Source: Candidatus Aenigmatarchaeota archaeon (GTDB lineage: Archaea; Aenigmatarchaeota; Aenigmatarchaeia; QMZP01; QMZT01). From it: a stretch of 64,000 nucleotides of DNA. Position 1 is the stretch's first letter; each line of letters begins with the position of its first letter. Of this stretch, positions 1-8,953 are shown piece by piece. The notes under the pieces were generated by a model. It saw only the letters and a list, made by a program, of their open reading frames with translations, had not been told where the DNA came from and searched no databases. A program made the translations under genes and the position numbers. The stretch is from the NCBI GenBank assembly GCA_043808015.1, contig JAZDFI010000029.1, positions 7,003-71,002 of the forward strand. The letters run 5' to 3'.

Positions 1-1331
1 CCCTCGAAGTCCAGAGCGCTCTTCCAGTCGAAGATTATGGTCTTGCTTGGAGATGTCTTGATCATGTCGTATTTGAGCGACGCCAGCGCTATCGTCCTCG
101 AGGCCTCGCTGAGCTCGCTGTTTTTCATCTCTTTGTTTCTCTTCTCGGTTTCCTCGTGTGCGTGCTTCTCCAGCTCACCCAGGACATCTTCATAAAGTAT
201 GACTATCCCTTCGCGCGACGCCATCTTGCCCGTGGGAAGGTTTACCAGTTCATAACATAAATGGTGGCTCTTGCCGGCGAGCGGCGAGGCCATCAGCTCG
301 AACGTCTTGAACAGCTGCTGAAAATACATCTTCTGCTCCGAGCCGACCACGTGTATGGACTTGTCTATTTTGTATTCTTTTATCTTGAGTTCGGAAAGCC
401 CGAGGTCCTTGGCCGAATAAAGCGGAGTGCCGTCTGATTTCAGCAAAAGGTACATCCCGAGGCCGTATTTCTCCAGATCTATCAAAACCGCGCCCTCGCT
501 CTCCTTGGCCACGCCTTTTTTCAGCAGCTTTTTGGATATTTCCGTACCAGGCTTCTCGGTCTCGCTCTCGAAATAGAAGCGGTCGAACTTTATGCCGAAA
601 CTTTTGTAAATAGTGTCAAAATAATCAAGGCTCCACTGCCTTGTTTCTTTCCATATTTTTGTCATCTCATGGTCGCCGGCGTAAATTTTTCTGTTTATTT
701 CGTTCACTTCTTCCTCCAAGCCAGCGTCTTCTTTTATTTTTTTGCTGGCCTCGGCGTATATGGTGCCGAGCCGTTTTCCTCTCTCGCTTTCGGGTCCTTT
801 GCCGCCATGAATTTTCGTGAGGCCCCATAAACATCTCGCGACATGCGGCCCTATGTCTCCCTGATAGTTGACGCGTATGACATTGTATCCGCAGAATGTC
901 AGTAATCTGGAAAGCGATTCGCCCAGGCACGCCGTCCTTATGTGGCCGATGTGGACGGCCTTGTGCGTGTTGAAGTGACAGTATTCCACCATCACGTTCC
1001 CTTTCATGGGCCCGCGCCCGTAACTCTCGCCGGCGTCCAGCACGGTCTCGACTGTCGATTGACCTATCTTGTCCCAGTCCGCGAAGAAGTTGACATAACC
1101 GCCTTTCTGCTCGGCCCGCGTTATGAGGCCGTGCGGCTTCATCTTATCCGACATTTCCATCGCTATCGCATCGGGAGCTTTCCTGAATTTTTTCGAAAGT
1201 ATGAAACACGGGAAAGCCAGGTCGCCCATGTTCTCGGGTGGCTTTTCCAGCGTTATCTCCTCGCTTTTCAGGCCTGTCTCCTTCGCCAGCGAAGCCACGA
1301 CCTCTTTCCTGAATTCGTCAAAACTGCTCAT
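1..1331 (-). CDS. argS: Arginyl-tRNA synthetase, partial (N-terminal 443 aa; C-terminus lies beyond the window start)
   Basis: Reverse-strand translation from the ATG at 1331 gives MSSFDEFRKEVVASLAKETGLKSEEITLEKPPENMGDLAFPCFILSKKFRKAPDAIAMEM...GGYVNFF, which matches the ArgRS N-terminal domain pattern. It continues to ...VEYCHFNTHKAVHIGHIRTACLGESLSRLL, the class I HIGH region as found in ArgRS. The frame is open to the window edge, which is why it is absent from the ORF track. Confidence 0.6.
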   Translation of the reverse strand, partial: MSSFDEFRKEVVASLAKETGLKSEEITLEKPPENMGDLAFPCFILSKKFRKAPDAIAMEMSDKMKPHGLITRAEQKGGYVNFFADWDKIGQSTVETVLDAGESYGRGPMKGNVMVEYCHFNTHKAVHIGHIRTACLGESLSRLLTFCGYNVIRVNYQGDIGPHVARCLWGLTKIHGGKGPESERGKRLGTIYAEASKKIKEDAGLEEEVNEINRKIYAGDHEMTKIWKETRQWSLDYFDTIYKSFGIKFDRFYFESETEKPGTEISKKLLKKGVAKESEGAVLIDLEKYGLGMYLLLKSDGTPLYSAKDLGLSELKIKEYKIDKSIHVVGSEQKMYFQQLFKTFELMASPLAGKSHHLCYELVNLPTGKMASREGIVILYEDVLGELEKHAHEETEKRNKEMKNSELSEASRTIALASLKYDMIKTSPSKTIIFDWKSALDFE

Positions 1332-1399
1332 AATATTCTATTCCTAATTCTAACTTAATTAAATAAAAATAAAGAAAATGACGCCAAGCTGAGAAATTT

Positions 1400-1645
1400 C
1401 TATTTTTCACAGAGTTCGTCCTGATAGCTTTTGATACATTCCTGTACAACTTTGTCCAGTTCGCCGCCTGTGTATATTTTGGATATAGAGTTGTAGAAGA
1501 AGTCTATCATAGACTCAGGAACCACTCCACTAGATGCTTGGACCTGAAAGATCCCTTTCTTGAAATCCGTATTTTGATTCATGTCGCTATCTGTCGCTTT
1601 AAACGCTTTTAAAGCTTCCGCGTTATTTAAGACATAACGGGACAT
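1400..1645 (-). CDS. Small hypothetical protein (81 aa)
   Basis: ORF in the gap between argS and the next gene. No recognisable motif. Confidence 0.3.
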   Translation of the reverse strand: MSRYVLNNAEALKAFKATDSDMNQNTDFKKGIFQVQASSGVVPESMIDFFYNSISKIYTGGELDKVVQECIKSYQDELCEK

Positions 1646-1688
1646 TTTTGTTTCAAATGGGACATTTAATCATAGCGGCACGGAAAAT

Positions 1689-2288
1689 ATGAAAAAAGCC
1701 ATAAGCGTTTCGGAAAACGTGAGATTGTTTGTGAAGGGTAAACCATACCTGCAGGAAGCCCTGGAGCGCGGGGTGATAAATTATTCTGCGCTGGCGAGGG
1801 TAATAGAAGGGGAAATGGGCGGTAAAAATTTCGACGCCATAAAGGCGGCTCTCATGAGACTTGGCAGGAGATTCGCGAAAGAACGCAGGAATGCCGAGCA
1901 GAGGATGCTGAAAGTCGTCAGATCGAGCAGGCTCGAGATGCGCGACAGGATAGCCGTAATCATCTCGGGCGGCAGGCTGGACGTGCCTGCCATAGCCTCA
2001 GCGAAAAGCACAAGCGGTTATACCTATATAATAGATGAGCGCGATGCGGATAACGTCAAAAACAGAAATCTGCTTAAAGTTCAGACTGGCCTGAGCATGA
2101 TAACCATCATAAGCCAAGCGTCGCTGGAAGACACGCCCGGTGTGATAGCATATTTTCTTTCGTCGCTCACCACCGAGAACATAAACGTCGTCGAGTTCGT
2201 TTCCTGCTACAGGGACACACTGCTGGTTTTCAAGGACGCGGACGTGACGAAGGCGATAGAAATATTGTCCGGGCGCCTGAAGGTGTGA
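1689..2288 (+). CDS. ACT-domain protein with an HTH-like N-terminus
   Basis: C-terminal half (KVQTGLSMITIISQASLEDTPGVIAYFLSSLTTENINVVEF...) resembles the regulatory ACT fold of aspartokinase-type proteins. The N-terminus looks helix-turn-helix-like. Confidence 0.45.
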   Translation: MKKAISVSENVRLFVKGKPYLQEALERGVINYSALARVIEGEMGGKNFDAIKAALMRLGRRFAKERRNAEQRMLKVVRSSRLEMRDRIAVIISGGRLDVPAIASAKSTSGYTYIIDERDADNVKNRNLLKVQTGLSMITIISQASLEDTPGVIAYFLSSLTTENINVVEFVSCYRDTLLVFKDADVTKAIEILSGRLKV

Positions 2289-2680
2289 TTATGATAAACT
2301 ACGAACGCGCTCCGGACATAGACAAACGCGCACGCGAGATAATCGCGAAGCTCGGCATGGAGCACGTCGACCTGTCGCGCGTGTGGTTCATGCGCTCGCG
2401 CGGCTCGGAGAGCCGATATACGCTAGCGAGAATCCATGTCCTCTCCCGCATAATGCAGAAGGCGCTCGGCATTCCCACGCAATACGTAATAGAAGTGATA
2501 ACGGAAAAGTTCGACCGGCTTTCATACGACGACCAGACCAAGACAATCATCCACGAGCTGATGCACATACCTGAGGCGTTCGGCGGCGGCTTCCGCCATC
2601 ACAAGCCTTTCGTTAACAAGAGGACGGTCGATGAAATGTACAAAAAATATACGGGCAGAAAAAGGCTGTTTGATTTCTGA
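2285..2680 (+). CDS. Putative HExxH zinc metallopeptidase (small, archaeal type)
   Basis: IIHELMHIP HExxH motif. Overlaps the previous stop by 4 nt. Confidence 0.45.
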   Translation: MIMINYERAPDIDKRAREIIAKLGMEHVDLSRVWFMRSRGSESRYTLARIHVLSRIMQKALGIPTQYVIEVITEKFDRLSYDDQTKTIIHELMHIPEAFGGGFRHHKPFVNKRTVDEMYKKYTGRKRLFDF

Positions 2681-2681
2681 G

Positions 2682-3458
2682 TCAGGCGCGCACGACATCG
2701 AGCATTTTTTTGTGAATTTCGGGGTTGGCTGCCAGCACTCCCATTCTTTTCATTTCTATCGGTTTTCCGTCAGGCGACGTGACTTTCGTGCCTGCTTCCA
2801 TGGCGATGAGCGACGACGCCGCGAAGTCCCATGGGCTGAGGACGTATTCCCAGTAGCCGTCGATACGCCCGCAAGCGACGTAACACATGTCGAGAGCGGC
2901 AGAGCCGTCCCTGCGCACGCCGTGGACATTTCTTGACAGGAAGTCGCCCATCTTTTCGAGCGTCTTGCGCATGATTTCCCCGCGCTCATAATAGAAGCCC
3001 GTCGTTAGAAGCGAGTCTTTTAACTCGACTGCTTTTGAGACGCGTATCCTTTTGCCGTTGAGATACGCTCCGTGGCCGGCGACTGCGTGGAACATTTCGT
3101 CCCTTATCGGATCATAAACCACGCCCAGCGATTGTACTCCATTCCTTACCAGCGCGATGGAAACGCAGAAGAAAGGGTAACCATGCGTGAAATTAGTCGT
3201 GCCGTCAAGCGGGTCGATTATCCACATGTTTTCTTCGTTTTCTATCTTGGTGCCTTCCTCGGCCATTATGCCATGACCGGGGAAACGATGCCTTATCATC
3301 GATGTTATCAGCTTCTCCGAATTCTTGTCGACGTTTGTGACAAAGTCGATTTTCGATTTGAATGCGAGAATCCGCCTGTTACCGGTCTGGCTGAGGATGA
3401 GTTTTCCAGCCTTTCTGGCGGTCTCCTGGGCGAAAACCAGCTCTTTATTTTGTTTCAT
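2682..3458 (-). CDS. suhB: Inositol monophosphatase / fructose-1,6-bisphosphatase family protein
   Basis: WIIDPLDGTTNF metal-binding motif and overall IMPase-fold pattern. Confidence 0.8.
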   Translation of the reverse strand: MKQNKELVFAQETARKAGKLILSQTGNRRILAFKSKIDFVTNVDKNSEKLITSMIRHRFPGHGIMAEEGTKIENEENMWIIDPLDGTTNFTHGYPFFCVSIALVRNGVQSLGVVYDPIRDEMFHAVAGHGAYLNGKRIRVSKAVELKDSLLTTGFYYERGEIMRKTLEKMGDFLSRNVHGVRRDGSAALDMCYVACGRIDGYWEYVLSPWDFAASSLIAMEAGTKVTSPDGKPIEMKRMGVLAANPEIHKKMLDVVRA

Positions 3459-3756
3459 CTTCTATCCACCTGGTGAATTCTTTCGAGCCTCCGATAATCG
3501 GAAGCGCTATAATCTCCGGGTTGGTGTATTGGTGCACGGCTTTGACTTTTTTTATCAGTTCGCGCAGGACGGCTTTCTTCGTCTTCACGACCAGCAGCGC
3601 CTCGTCTGCCGTGTGTATTTTGCCCGTCCACCAGAATTTAGATTTCAGTCCGGGAATTATGTTCACGCAAGCGGCCAGGCGCTCCCTGAGAAGCATGTCC
3701 GCTATGCGCTCGCCGTCTTCGACGCCCGGGCACGTTATCATCACAACAATATACAT
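3445..3756 (-). CDS. cutA: CutA1 divalent-cation tolerance protein
   Basis: About 100 aa, with CPGVEDGERIADMLLRERLAACVNIIPG...YTNPEIIALPI, the CutA signature. Confidence 0.75.
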   Translation of the reverse strand: MYIVVMITCPGVEDGERIADMLLRERLAACVNIIPGLKSKFWWTGKIHTADEALLVVKTKKAVLRELIKKVKAVHQYTNPEIIALPIIGGSKEFTRWIEDETK

Positions 3757-3766
3757 ACAACAACCT

Positions 3767-4447
3767 TCATTCTATGGACGTACCTGCGAAGCTCTTGCAG
3801 TTTATGGCTTTTTTCATGTTCTCCATGTTCCTGCCGTCCAGCAGTATGGCCTTTATCTTCGTCTTTTCGAGCAGCCGTGCAGCGACTGTGTCCATGACGG
3901 TCAGGGGGCCAGCAACGTGCTTCTTGACCTTCACCATGCGGTAAAGGTCCTGGGTTTTTATCTTGCTTATCATCCTGGCGCTTTTATATTTTCTAGGATC
4001 CTTGTCGTATACGCCTTTGACGTCAGTGCCTATTATTATCAGATTCGCCCTGAAGAACTGGGCCGCGGCCACTGCGACGGCGTTGGTCGTCTGGCCAGGC
4101 ACGGTTCCTCCCATTACCACGACCTTGCCCGTCGAAATTCCATGCTCCAGCTCTTCCTTGTTTTTGACGATTTTCGGATATGCGTGCTTCCCCAGCGACG
4201 CCATCACGACCATGGCATTCATGCGCGCGCCCAGAATGCCCATGGTGTCGAGCAGGCTCTCGGAAGGCTTAAGCGTCCGCGCCGAGCGTATGTAGTCCTT
4301 GGTCATCTTGCCGCCGCCGACTACGATGATTAAGGCATTTTTTCTTTTAAGTTCCAGCAGGAATTTTGAAAGCTTTTTGACGTAATTAATGTCCGGCACG
4401 CCCTTCGGGCATATTATCGAGCCGCCTATTTTGAAAACTATGCGCAT
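3767..4447 (-). CDS. pyrH: UMP kinase (amino-acid kinase family)
   Basis: MRIVFKIGGSII N-terminus and about 226 aa length typical of archaeal PyrH. Isopentenyl phosphate kinase is the alternative. Confidence 0.6.
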   Translation of the reverse strand: MRIVFKIGGSIICPKGVPDINYVKKLSKFLLELKRKNALIIVVGGGKMTKDYIRSARTLKPSESLLDTMGILGARMNAMVVMASLGKHAYPKIVKNKEELEHGISTGKVVVMGGTVPGQTTNAVAVAAAQFFRANLIIIGTDVKGVYDKDPRKYKSARMISKIKTQDLYRMVKVKKHVAGPLTVMDTVAARLLEKTKIKAILLDGRNMENMKKAINCKSFAGTSIE

Positions 4448-4516
4448 ACCAACACCTCGCTAATAATATGGTTTCCTGATATTTATTTTTCAAAATCAGC
4501 ACTAAAAGCAAAAGGT

Positions 4517-5041
4517 TTAAGCTTTTCTGAGGCCGCGCATTTTCTTGCCGGACGATGTAAGGCCCTTGAAAACCCTGCCGGCATGCTGCTTCTCGGTGAT
4601 CCACTTTCTCTCGCTGTCGCTCGCTATGACCGGGCTTTCAGGATCGACCAGTATGACTTCGAACCACTCGAACTGGCCGTCTTCTCCGACGAAATAAGAA
4701 TTAAGTATCTCCATGTTGGGGAACTTCCTTGCAGCGCGTTCCTCGCCCATTATCTGGTTGGACTTGCCCGAAGAGAAGAAGCGTCCTCTCTTGCTGGGTC
4801 CGCGGCCGCCCGTGAATTTGGGGCGCTTTCGTTTACCCTTCATGACGCGCACTCTGGCGATGACGAAGCCCTGCTTGGCTTTGTAACCAAGCGTCCTGGC
4901 CCTATCGAGCCTGGTCGGCCCGGACAGTTTGGTGACTACATTCTCGTTTCTCCAGGCAATAATTCTTTCCTTCCACAGGCTGCCCAGATTCTGCCTCGGT
5001 TTCTTCCATAGCTGCTTCATGTTTCTGTTCATACCGACCAC
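4517..5041 (-). CDS. rpl15e: 50S ribosomal protein L15e
   Basis: Basic protein (WKKPRQNLGSLWKERIIAWR...GYVIARVRV...) matching the L15e family. Confidence 0.8.
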   Translation of the reverse strand: MVGMNRNMKQLWKKPRQNLGSLWKERIIAWRNENVVTKLSGPTRLDRARTLGYKAKQGFVIARVRVMKGKRKRPKFTGGRGPSKRGRFFSSGKSNQIMGEERAARKFPNMEILNSYFVGEDGQFEWFEVILVDPESPVIASDSERKWITEKQHAGRVFKGLTSSGKKMRGLRKA

Positions 5042-5136
5042 TGTAGGAATGATTTAGAATGATTAGATATTTAAACATATTTTGGCATGAAAGCTATAAA
5101 AACTTATACGGCCAATTCTATTTAAGAGGTGTAAAT

Positions 5137-5415
5137 ATGCACGCGATGGTAAAAATAATATTGGGACTTGTGCTTGTGCTGGTTGGTCTTGGGCTTTTCG
5201 TTGACTCGGTTTACCCCATAATGGGCGTAAAGGGAACGTTCGGGATAGACTGGCTTAGCAACTTCGTAACCGTGCTCACGGGAGTCATACCGATATTCCT
5301 GATACTCATCGGTCTGTTCATAGTGTGGCTTGAAGCCGATGAAATGAAGACCGCCAAGGAGTTCCAGGAGCCGGTTGAGGAAGTAAAGGAAGATAAGAAG
5401 CGCAAGAAAAAATAA
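5137..5415 (+). CDS. Small membrane protein (two TM helices, Lys-rich tail)
   Basis: ATG at 5137 is preceded by GAGGTG. Two hydrophobic helices. The upstream part of the listed ORF looks non-coding. Confidence 0.45.
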   Translation: MHAMVKIILGLVLVLVGLGLFVDSVYPIMGVKGTFGIDWLSNFVTVLTGVIPIFLILIGLFIVWLEADEMKTAKEFQEPVEEVKEDKKRKKK

Positions 5416-5416
5416 G

Positions 5417-7138
5417 CTACAAATCGGTTCTCTGAACGATGGAATCCTTTATATCTACATTCTTGTCTTTTTTCCTGATTTTTTCCCCTATTTTTGAACG
5501 CTGAACGATCGAATCTATAATGTTTATGGTCTCGCTGACCTCGATTTTCTGTATTTCAGTCGCTAGCGACATGGCTATGACTGTGTATTTGACTATGTCG
5601 GCAATCTTTTCTGATAGATTTTCAAGCTCTTCATCCTTGGATGAGTAGAGTTTGAAGGCGACGTGAACAAGACTATCGTCTTCTCGTAGCACGCAGGTAA
5701 GAAGGTAAGTGTCGCCGTCGCTGGACTCGCCGGAGAAAAGGTATAGCCTTTCATTGTCGAACTCATGCGACGCGACAGCCGCAAAATCCCTGCATTCCTC
5801 AAGGACGTGGCTCGAAACAGTCTTTATGTCCGTCCCTTTTAGTGTGTATCCTTTTATTGTCGACTGCAGGTCCGCCTTCATTTTCACGAACTCGTGCTCG
5901 CTTATTTCTTTCGGATGTATGAAGTTCTGCAGGAATCTTCTGAACTTCTGGGTATAATTGAGCTTGTCCATGTTCTCTTTGCTGGTCTGGCCGTTGCTAG
6001 CGGCTGTACGCGCCGTCTGCAGCGATTCCTCCAATACGAAAGGCTCGATATCCTTGATGAAATTCCTGCCGCGCAGGTCGTGGAAGCTTATCGCGGGCTT
6101 GAGCATCGTTTTGCCCGTGACCATCGGCAGTATCTTGAAAACGAAACCCTTCTCCTCGCCGGGGTTTATCTTTTCTATCTCGTAGCCGCTAACAGGGTCG
6201 ACTTTTATTTCCACCGGGAAATTCATGACCAGGTTCACGTCGCTTATGGGTTGCCTTGAGTTGTTGGCCACGGAAACCACGAAATATGACTTTTTGCCGA
6301 CTTCCAATCGCTCCCTAAGATACGGCCTCACATCGATGTTAGGGATGACGCACATTCTCGGCGGCTCTATCTCGCTTTCCATGCGCTCGCCCCTGGCGTT
6401 TTTCCATTCAACCTTCGAGTAAAACGGCTTCACGTTTTCGGATGACGTGACCATGTAACTGAGCGCTCTGGACTCGCCAGGCTTCATGGAAGCGACGCTT
6501 TCGAGAACGTTCGCCTTTACGCCAAGTATCCTTATATCACTGAGCGTCTCTTTCGTATCGTTTCTTAGTGCAAGCGTTACTTTGACTTTTTCGCCTTCCT
6601 TTACCACGTCGCTCTCGCAGGTATGGCTTATGCTGAGATGCGGGGCGATTCTGGCGATGTCATGTATCCTTTTTTCTATCTCCTCGCTGTATTCGATGTC
6701 GAGTGATTTCCTGTAATTTTTGATTGCCAAGTTGTAGTCGTTCATCTTCTCGGCCGCCTGCCCCATCAGGTTGTAGCACCACTGCACCGCATATAGCGAG
6801 CCTGCGCGTGTGAAATAGTCTATCGCCTTGGTTGCGAAGTTCATGGTGTTGTTGAAGTCATTGAAAGAGAACGAGTAAAACGCAGCGGACTTGTATGCCC
6901 AGCCCGTGTTGAAATCCTTGCCCAGCTTGAGGTTGCACTGCACCTCCTCAAGGCAGAAGTCGACGGCTCGTTTGTCGTTTACCGATTCAGCCAGCCTGGC
7001 GGCCTCCTGATAGACTTCGGCTGCTTCAGCGCACTTGCCCGACTTGGCCATTTTTTCCGCTTTTTTGGCCAGGCTTTCCACTTCTTTCGTCGTTTTTTTC
7101 ACTTCTTTCGCGTTGGCATGGGGCTGTTGCTTGTCCAT
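5417..7138 (-). CDS. Hypothetical 573-aa protein: N-terminal TPR/alpha-solenoid-like region, two Ig-like beta-sandwich modules, C-terminal alpha/beta domain; third gene downstream of the ESCRT-III and Vps4 genes
   Basis: No catalytic motif recognised. Same strand as the Vps4 gene and 38 nt downstream of it. Confidence 0.5.
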   Translation of the reverse strand: MDKQQPHANAKEVKKTTKEVESLAKKAEKMAKSGKCAEAAEVYQEAARLAESVNDKRAVDFCLEEVQCNLKLGKDFNTGWAYKSAAFYSFSFNDFNNTMNFATKAIDYFTRAGSLYAVQWCYNLMGQAAEKMNDYNLAIKNYRKSLDIEYSEEIEKRIHDIARIAPHLSISHTCESDVVKEGEKVKVTLALRNDTKETLSDIRILGVKANVLESVASMKPGESRALSYMVTSSENVKPFYSKVEWKNARGERMESEIEPPRMCVIPNIDVRPYLRERLEVGKKSYFVVSVANNSRQPISDVNLVMNFPVEIKVDPVSGYEIEKINPGEEKGFVFKILPMVTGKTMLKPAISFHDLRGRNFIKDIEPFVLEESLQTARTAASNGQTSKENMDKLNYTQKFRRFLQNFIHPKEISEHEFVKMKADLQSTIKGYTLKGTDIKTVSSHVLEECRDFAAVASHEFDNERLYLFSGESSDGDTYLLTCVLREDDSLVHVAFKLYSSKDEELENLSEKIADIVKYTVIAMSLATEIQKIEVSETINIIDSIVQRSKIGEKIRKKDKNVDIKDSIVQRTDL

Positions 7139-7176
7139 AAGAAAAATTAAACGCTAAACTTTATAATGCCAGCGTC

Positions 7177-8277
7177 TCAGACGCTGATGTTTTCCTTCCA
7201 GTCATCGTATCTCTTTATCAGTTTCTGGCTCACGGTCTTCTTTATTTTTGAAAGCGCGTATGTAAAATCATCCTTAGTGAGCGGCCTGTATTTAATGGCG
7301 TATTTCTCCACCTGTGTCGCCGTCATATCTTCGAGATTCGGGTTCTGCTCGCGTATCATGAACATTATGGCCTCGCGGCATATGCTGGCTATGTCACGGC
7401 CGGAATAACCCTCGCTCATTTCTGCCAGTTCGTCGATGGTTATGCCTGACAGCGACGAGCCTTTAACGTGTATTTCGAATATCTTCCTTCTCGAATCGAC
7501 GTCCGGCAGCGGCACGTATATCTTTCTCTGGAACCTCGATATCATCGCGTCATCGAGATCCCATGGCCTGTTCGTGGCGGCCATTATTATGACCTTTTCG
7601 TCCTTCTTGGTCGAGAAGCCGTCTATCTCCACGAGCAGCTGGGATATGACCCTTCTCGTCGCTTCGTGGACGCCGGCTTCCCTGGTGATCATTATCGAGT
7701 CGAACTCGTCCATGAAAATAAGCGAGGGCTGGTTTTTTCTTGCCTTTTCGAAAAGCGCGCCTATGATCTTCTCAGATTCGCCATAATATTTGGAGAGGAG
7801 AGTCGATGTCTTCGCCTCGAAGAAGTTCGCCTTCAGCGTGTTGCTGGCCGCCTTGGCTAGCAGCGTTTTTCCGGTTCCCGGAGGCCCGTAAAGCAGTATC
7901 GTGCGCGGCACCTCCACAAACGCCGGCTTGCCAGCAATCATGGGCAGGATTATCGACTCCCTTACCTCGCGCTTCGCTTCCTTTAGACCGCCTATGTCTT
8001 CCCACTTCGTCGTGGGCTTTTCGTAAACTATCATTTTGTCTATTGGCTGTTCGGACTTCTTTCGAGCGCTACTGACGCCCTCGAACTGGTCAGCAGAATG
8101 GAACAGTGATGCAGCTTCGCCTCTGGGGGATATGTAAGCCAGGCGCCTGTAAATAGATGCGGCGACCTTGTAGTGTGTTGTCGCCTGCTTTGATTTACCG
8201 TCCGCTTCAAGCTTCCTGGCGGTGTCCAGTTCGTGCTGGAGCTGCTGTTTCAAAAGCGACTCTCTCAGTTCGCCCAT
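7177..8277 (-). CDS. cdvC: Vps4-like AAA ATPase (MIT domain plus AAA); CdvC-like
   Basis: N-terminal MIT-like three-helix region. Walker A LLYGPPGTGKT, Walker B IFMDEFD. The SRFQRKIYVPLPD motif is typical of the meiotic-clade AAA proteins, Vps4 included. Length of 366 aa is like archaeal CdvC. Confidence 0.8.
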   Translation of the reverse strand: MGELRESLLKQQLQHELDTARKLEADGKSKQATTHYKVAASIYRRLAYISPRGEAASLFHSADQFEGVSSARKKSEQPIDKMIVYEKPTTKWEDIGGLKEAKREVRESIILPMIAGKPAFVEVPRTILLYGPPGTGKTLLAKAASNTLKANFFEAKTSTLLSKYYGESEKIIGALFEKARKNQPSLIFMDEFDSIMITREAGVHEATRRVISQLLVEIDGFSTKKDEKVIIMAATNRPWDLDDAMISRFQRKIYVPLPDVDSRRKIFEIHVKGSSLSGITIDELAEMSEGYSGRDIASICREAIMFMIREQNPNLEDMTATQVEKYAIKYRPLTKDDFTYALSKIKKTVSQKLIKRYDDWKENISV

Positions 8278-8296
8278 AAAACCACCAGAAAAAAAA

Positions 8297-8917
8297 TCAC
8301 TCTGTGTCCTCTTCCTTCTTTTCCTCTGTTATCGACTTCGCTTTCTCGCCGGCCATGCGCATCGCCGTCTCTTCATCCACCTTTTCCAGGTCGTTTATGG
8401 CGTGCATGAGCTCCTGCGATTCCTCGTCGACGAGCATCTGCTGCTTGCCGAAGACCCGTTCCAGCTTTTCCTTCACCTTATCCAGACGGCCTTCTTCCAA
8501 CGCTTCTCGTACATCGGTATCGGTAAGCACTTCGCTCAGCCTGTCCATGTCCGTGTCGAGAATTTCCTTCGCTATCGACGAAATTTTCTCGCTCTTCTCG
8601 CGCTGTTTCATGGCCTGGACAAGCAGTAGAAGCTGCAATTCGCGGAGAAAATGAGATGCTTCAATCTGCTTCGTGCGAGACTCGAGACTAAACGCCTTGA
8701 TTTTCTGCACGTTAAGCATCTTGAGTGTATTGGGCTGGCCCTTCGACTCGAGCATGAGCTTCTGGATTTTTTCGGCAATACCCCTGAGGTCGTCGGAAAT
8801 CCTCTCTACTTCCTTTTCTATTTTGAGGCGTTCCTTGAGCAAATCATTGTCTTTTATGGAAAATATGTCCTTGCCGAATTTCGATTTGATGAATTTCTTG
8901 AAATCCACCGCTCTCAC
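8297..8917 (-). CDS. cdvB: ESCRT-III / Snf7-like protein (CdvB-like)
   Basis: 206-aa all-helical, charge-segregated coiled-coil protein with an acidic C-terminus. It sits 19 nt upstream of the Vps4 gene on the same strand. Confidence 0.55.
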   Translation of the reverse strand: MRAVDFKKFIKSKFGKDIFSIKDNDLLKERLKIEKEVERISDDLRGIAEKIQKLMLESKGQPNTLKMLNVQKIKAFSLESRTKQIEASHFLRELQLLLLVQAMKQREKSEKISSIAKEILDTDMDRLSEVLTDTDVREALEEGRLDKVKEKLERVFGKQQMLVDEESQELMHAINDLEKVDEETAMRMAGEKAKSITEEKKEEDTE

Positions 8918-8953
8918 CTTGATATTTATTTTGACTGTTTTAAATATAAAGGT

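Noticed and set aside
942-1358. 138-aa plus-strand ORF (and 1123..1347) at the window start
   Set aside because: Antisense to the arginyl-tRNA synthetase reading frame, which runs off the window edge and carries clear ArgRS N-domain and HIGH motifs. The plus-strand translation is low-complexity and motif-free.
3473-4333. 286-aa plus-strand ORF
   Set aside because: Lies antisense to the CutA and UMP-kinase genes, which have clear family signatures. Composition is biased to Ser/Ala/Arg, typical of antisense artefacts.
5417-7138. 573-aa protein as CdvA
   Set aside because: CdvA is about 220-270 aa with an N-terminal PRC barrel and coiled coil. This protein is larger, starts with helical repeats and has Ig-like modules. 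The only PRC barrel in the window is a stand-alone 87-aa protein at 56836-57099, far from the cdvBC genes.
8651-8953. N-terminal 101-codon extension of the giant adhesin ORF
   Set aside because: It overlaps the cdvB-like gene on the opposite strand and has no signal-peptide character. The class III signal peptide begins precisely at the internal ATG at 8954.
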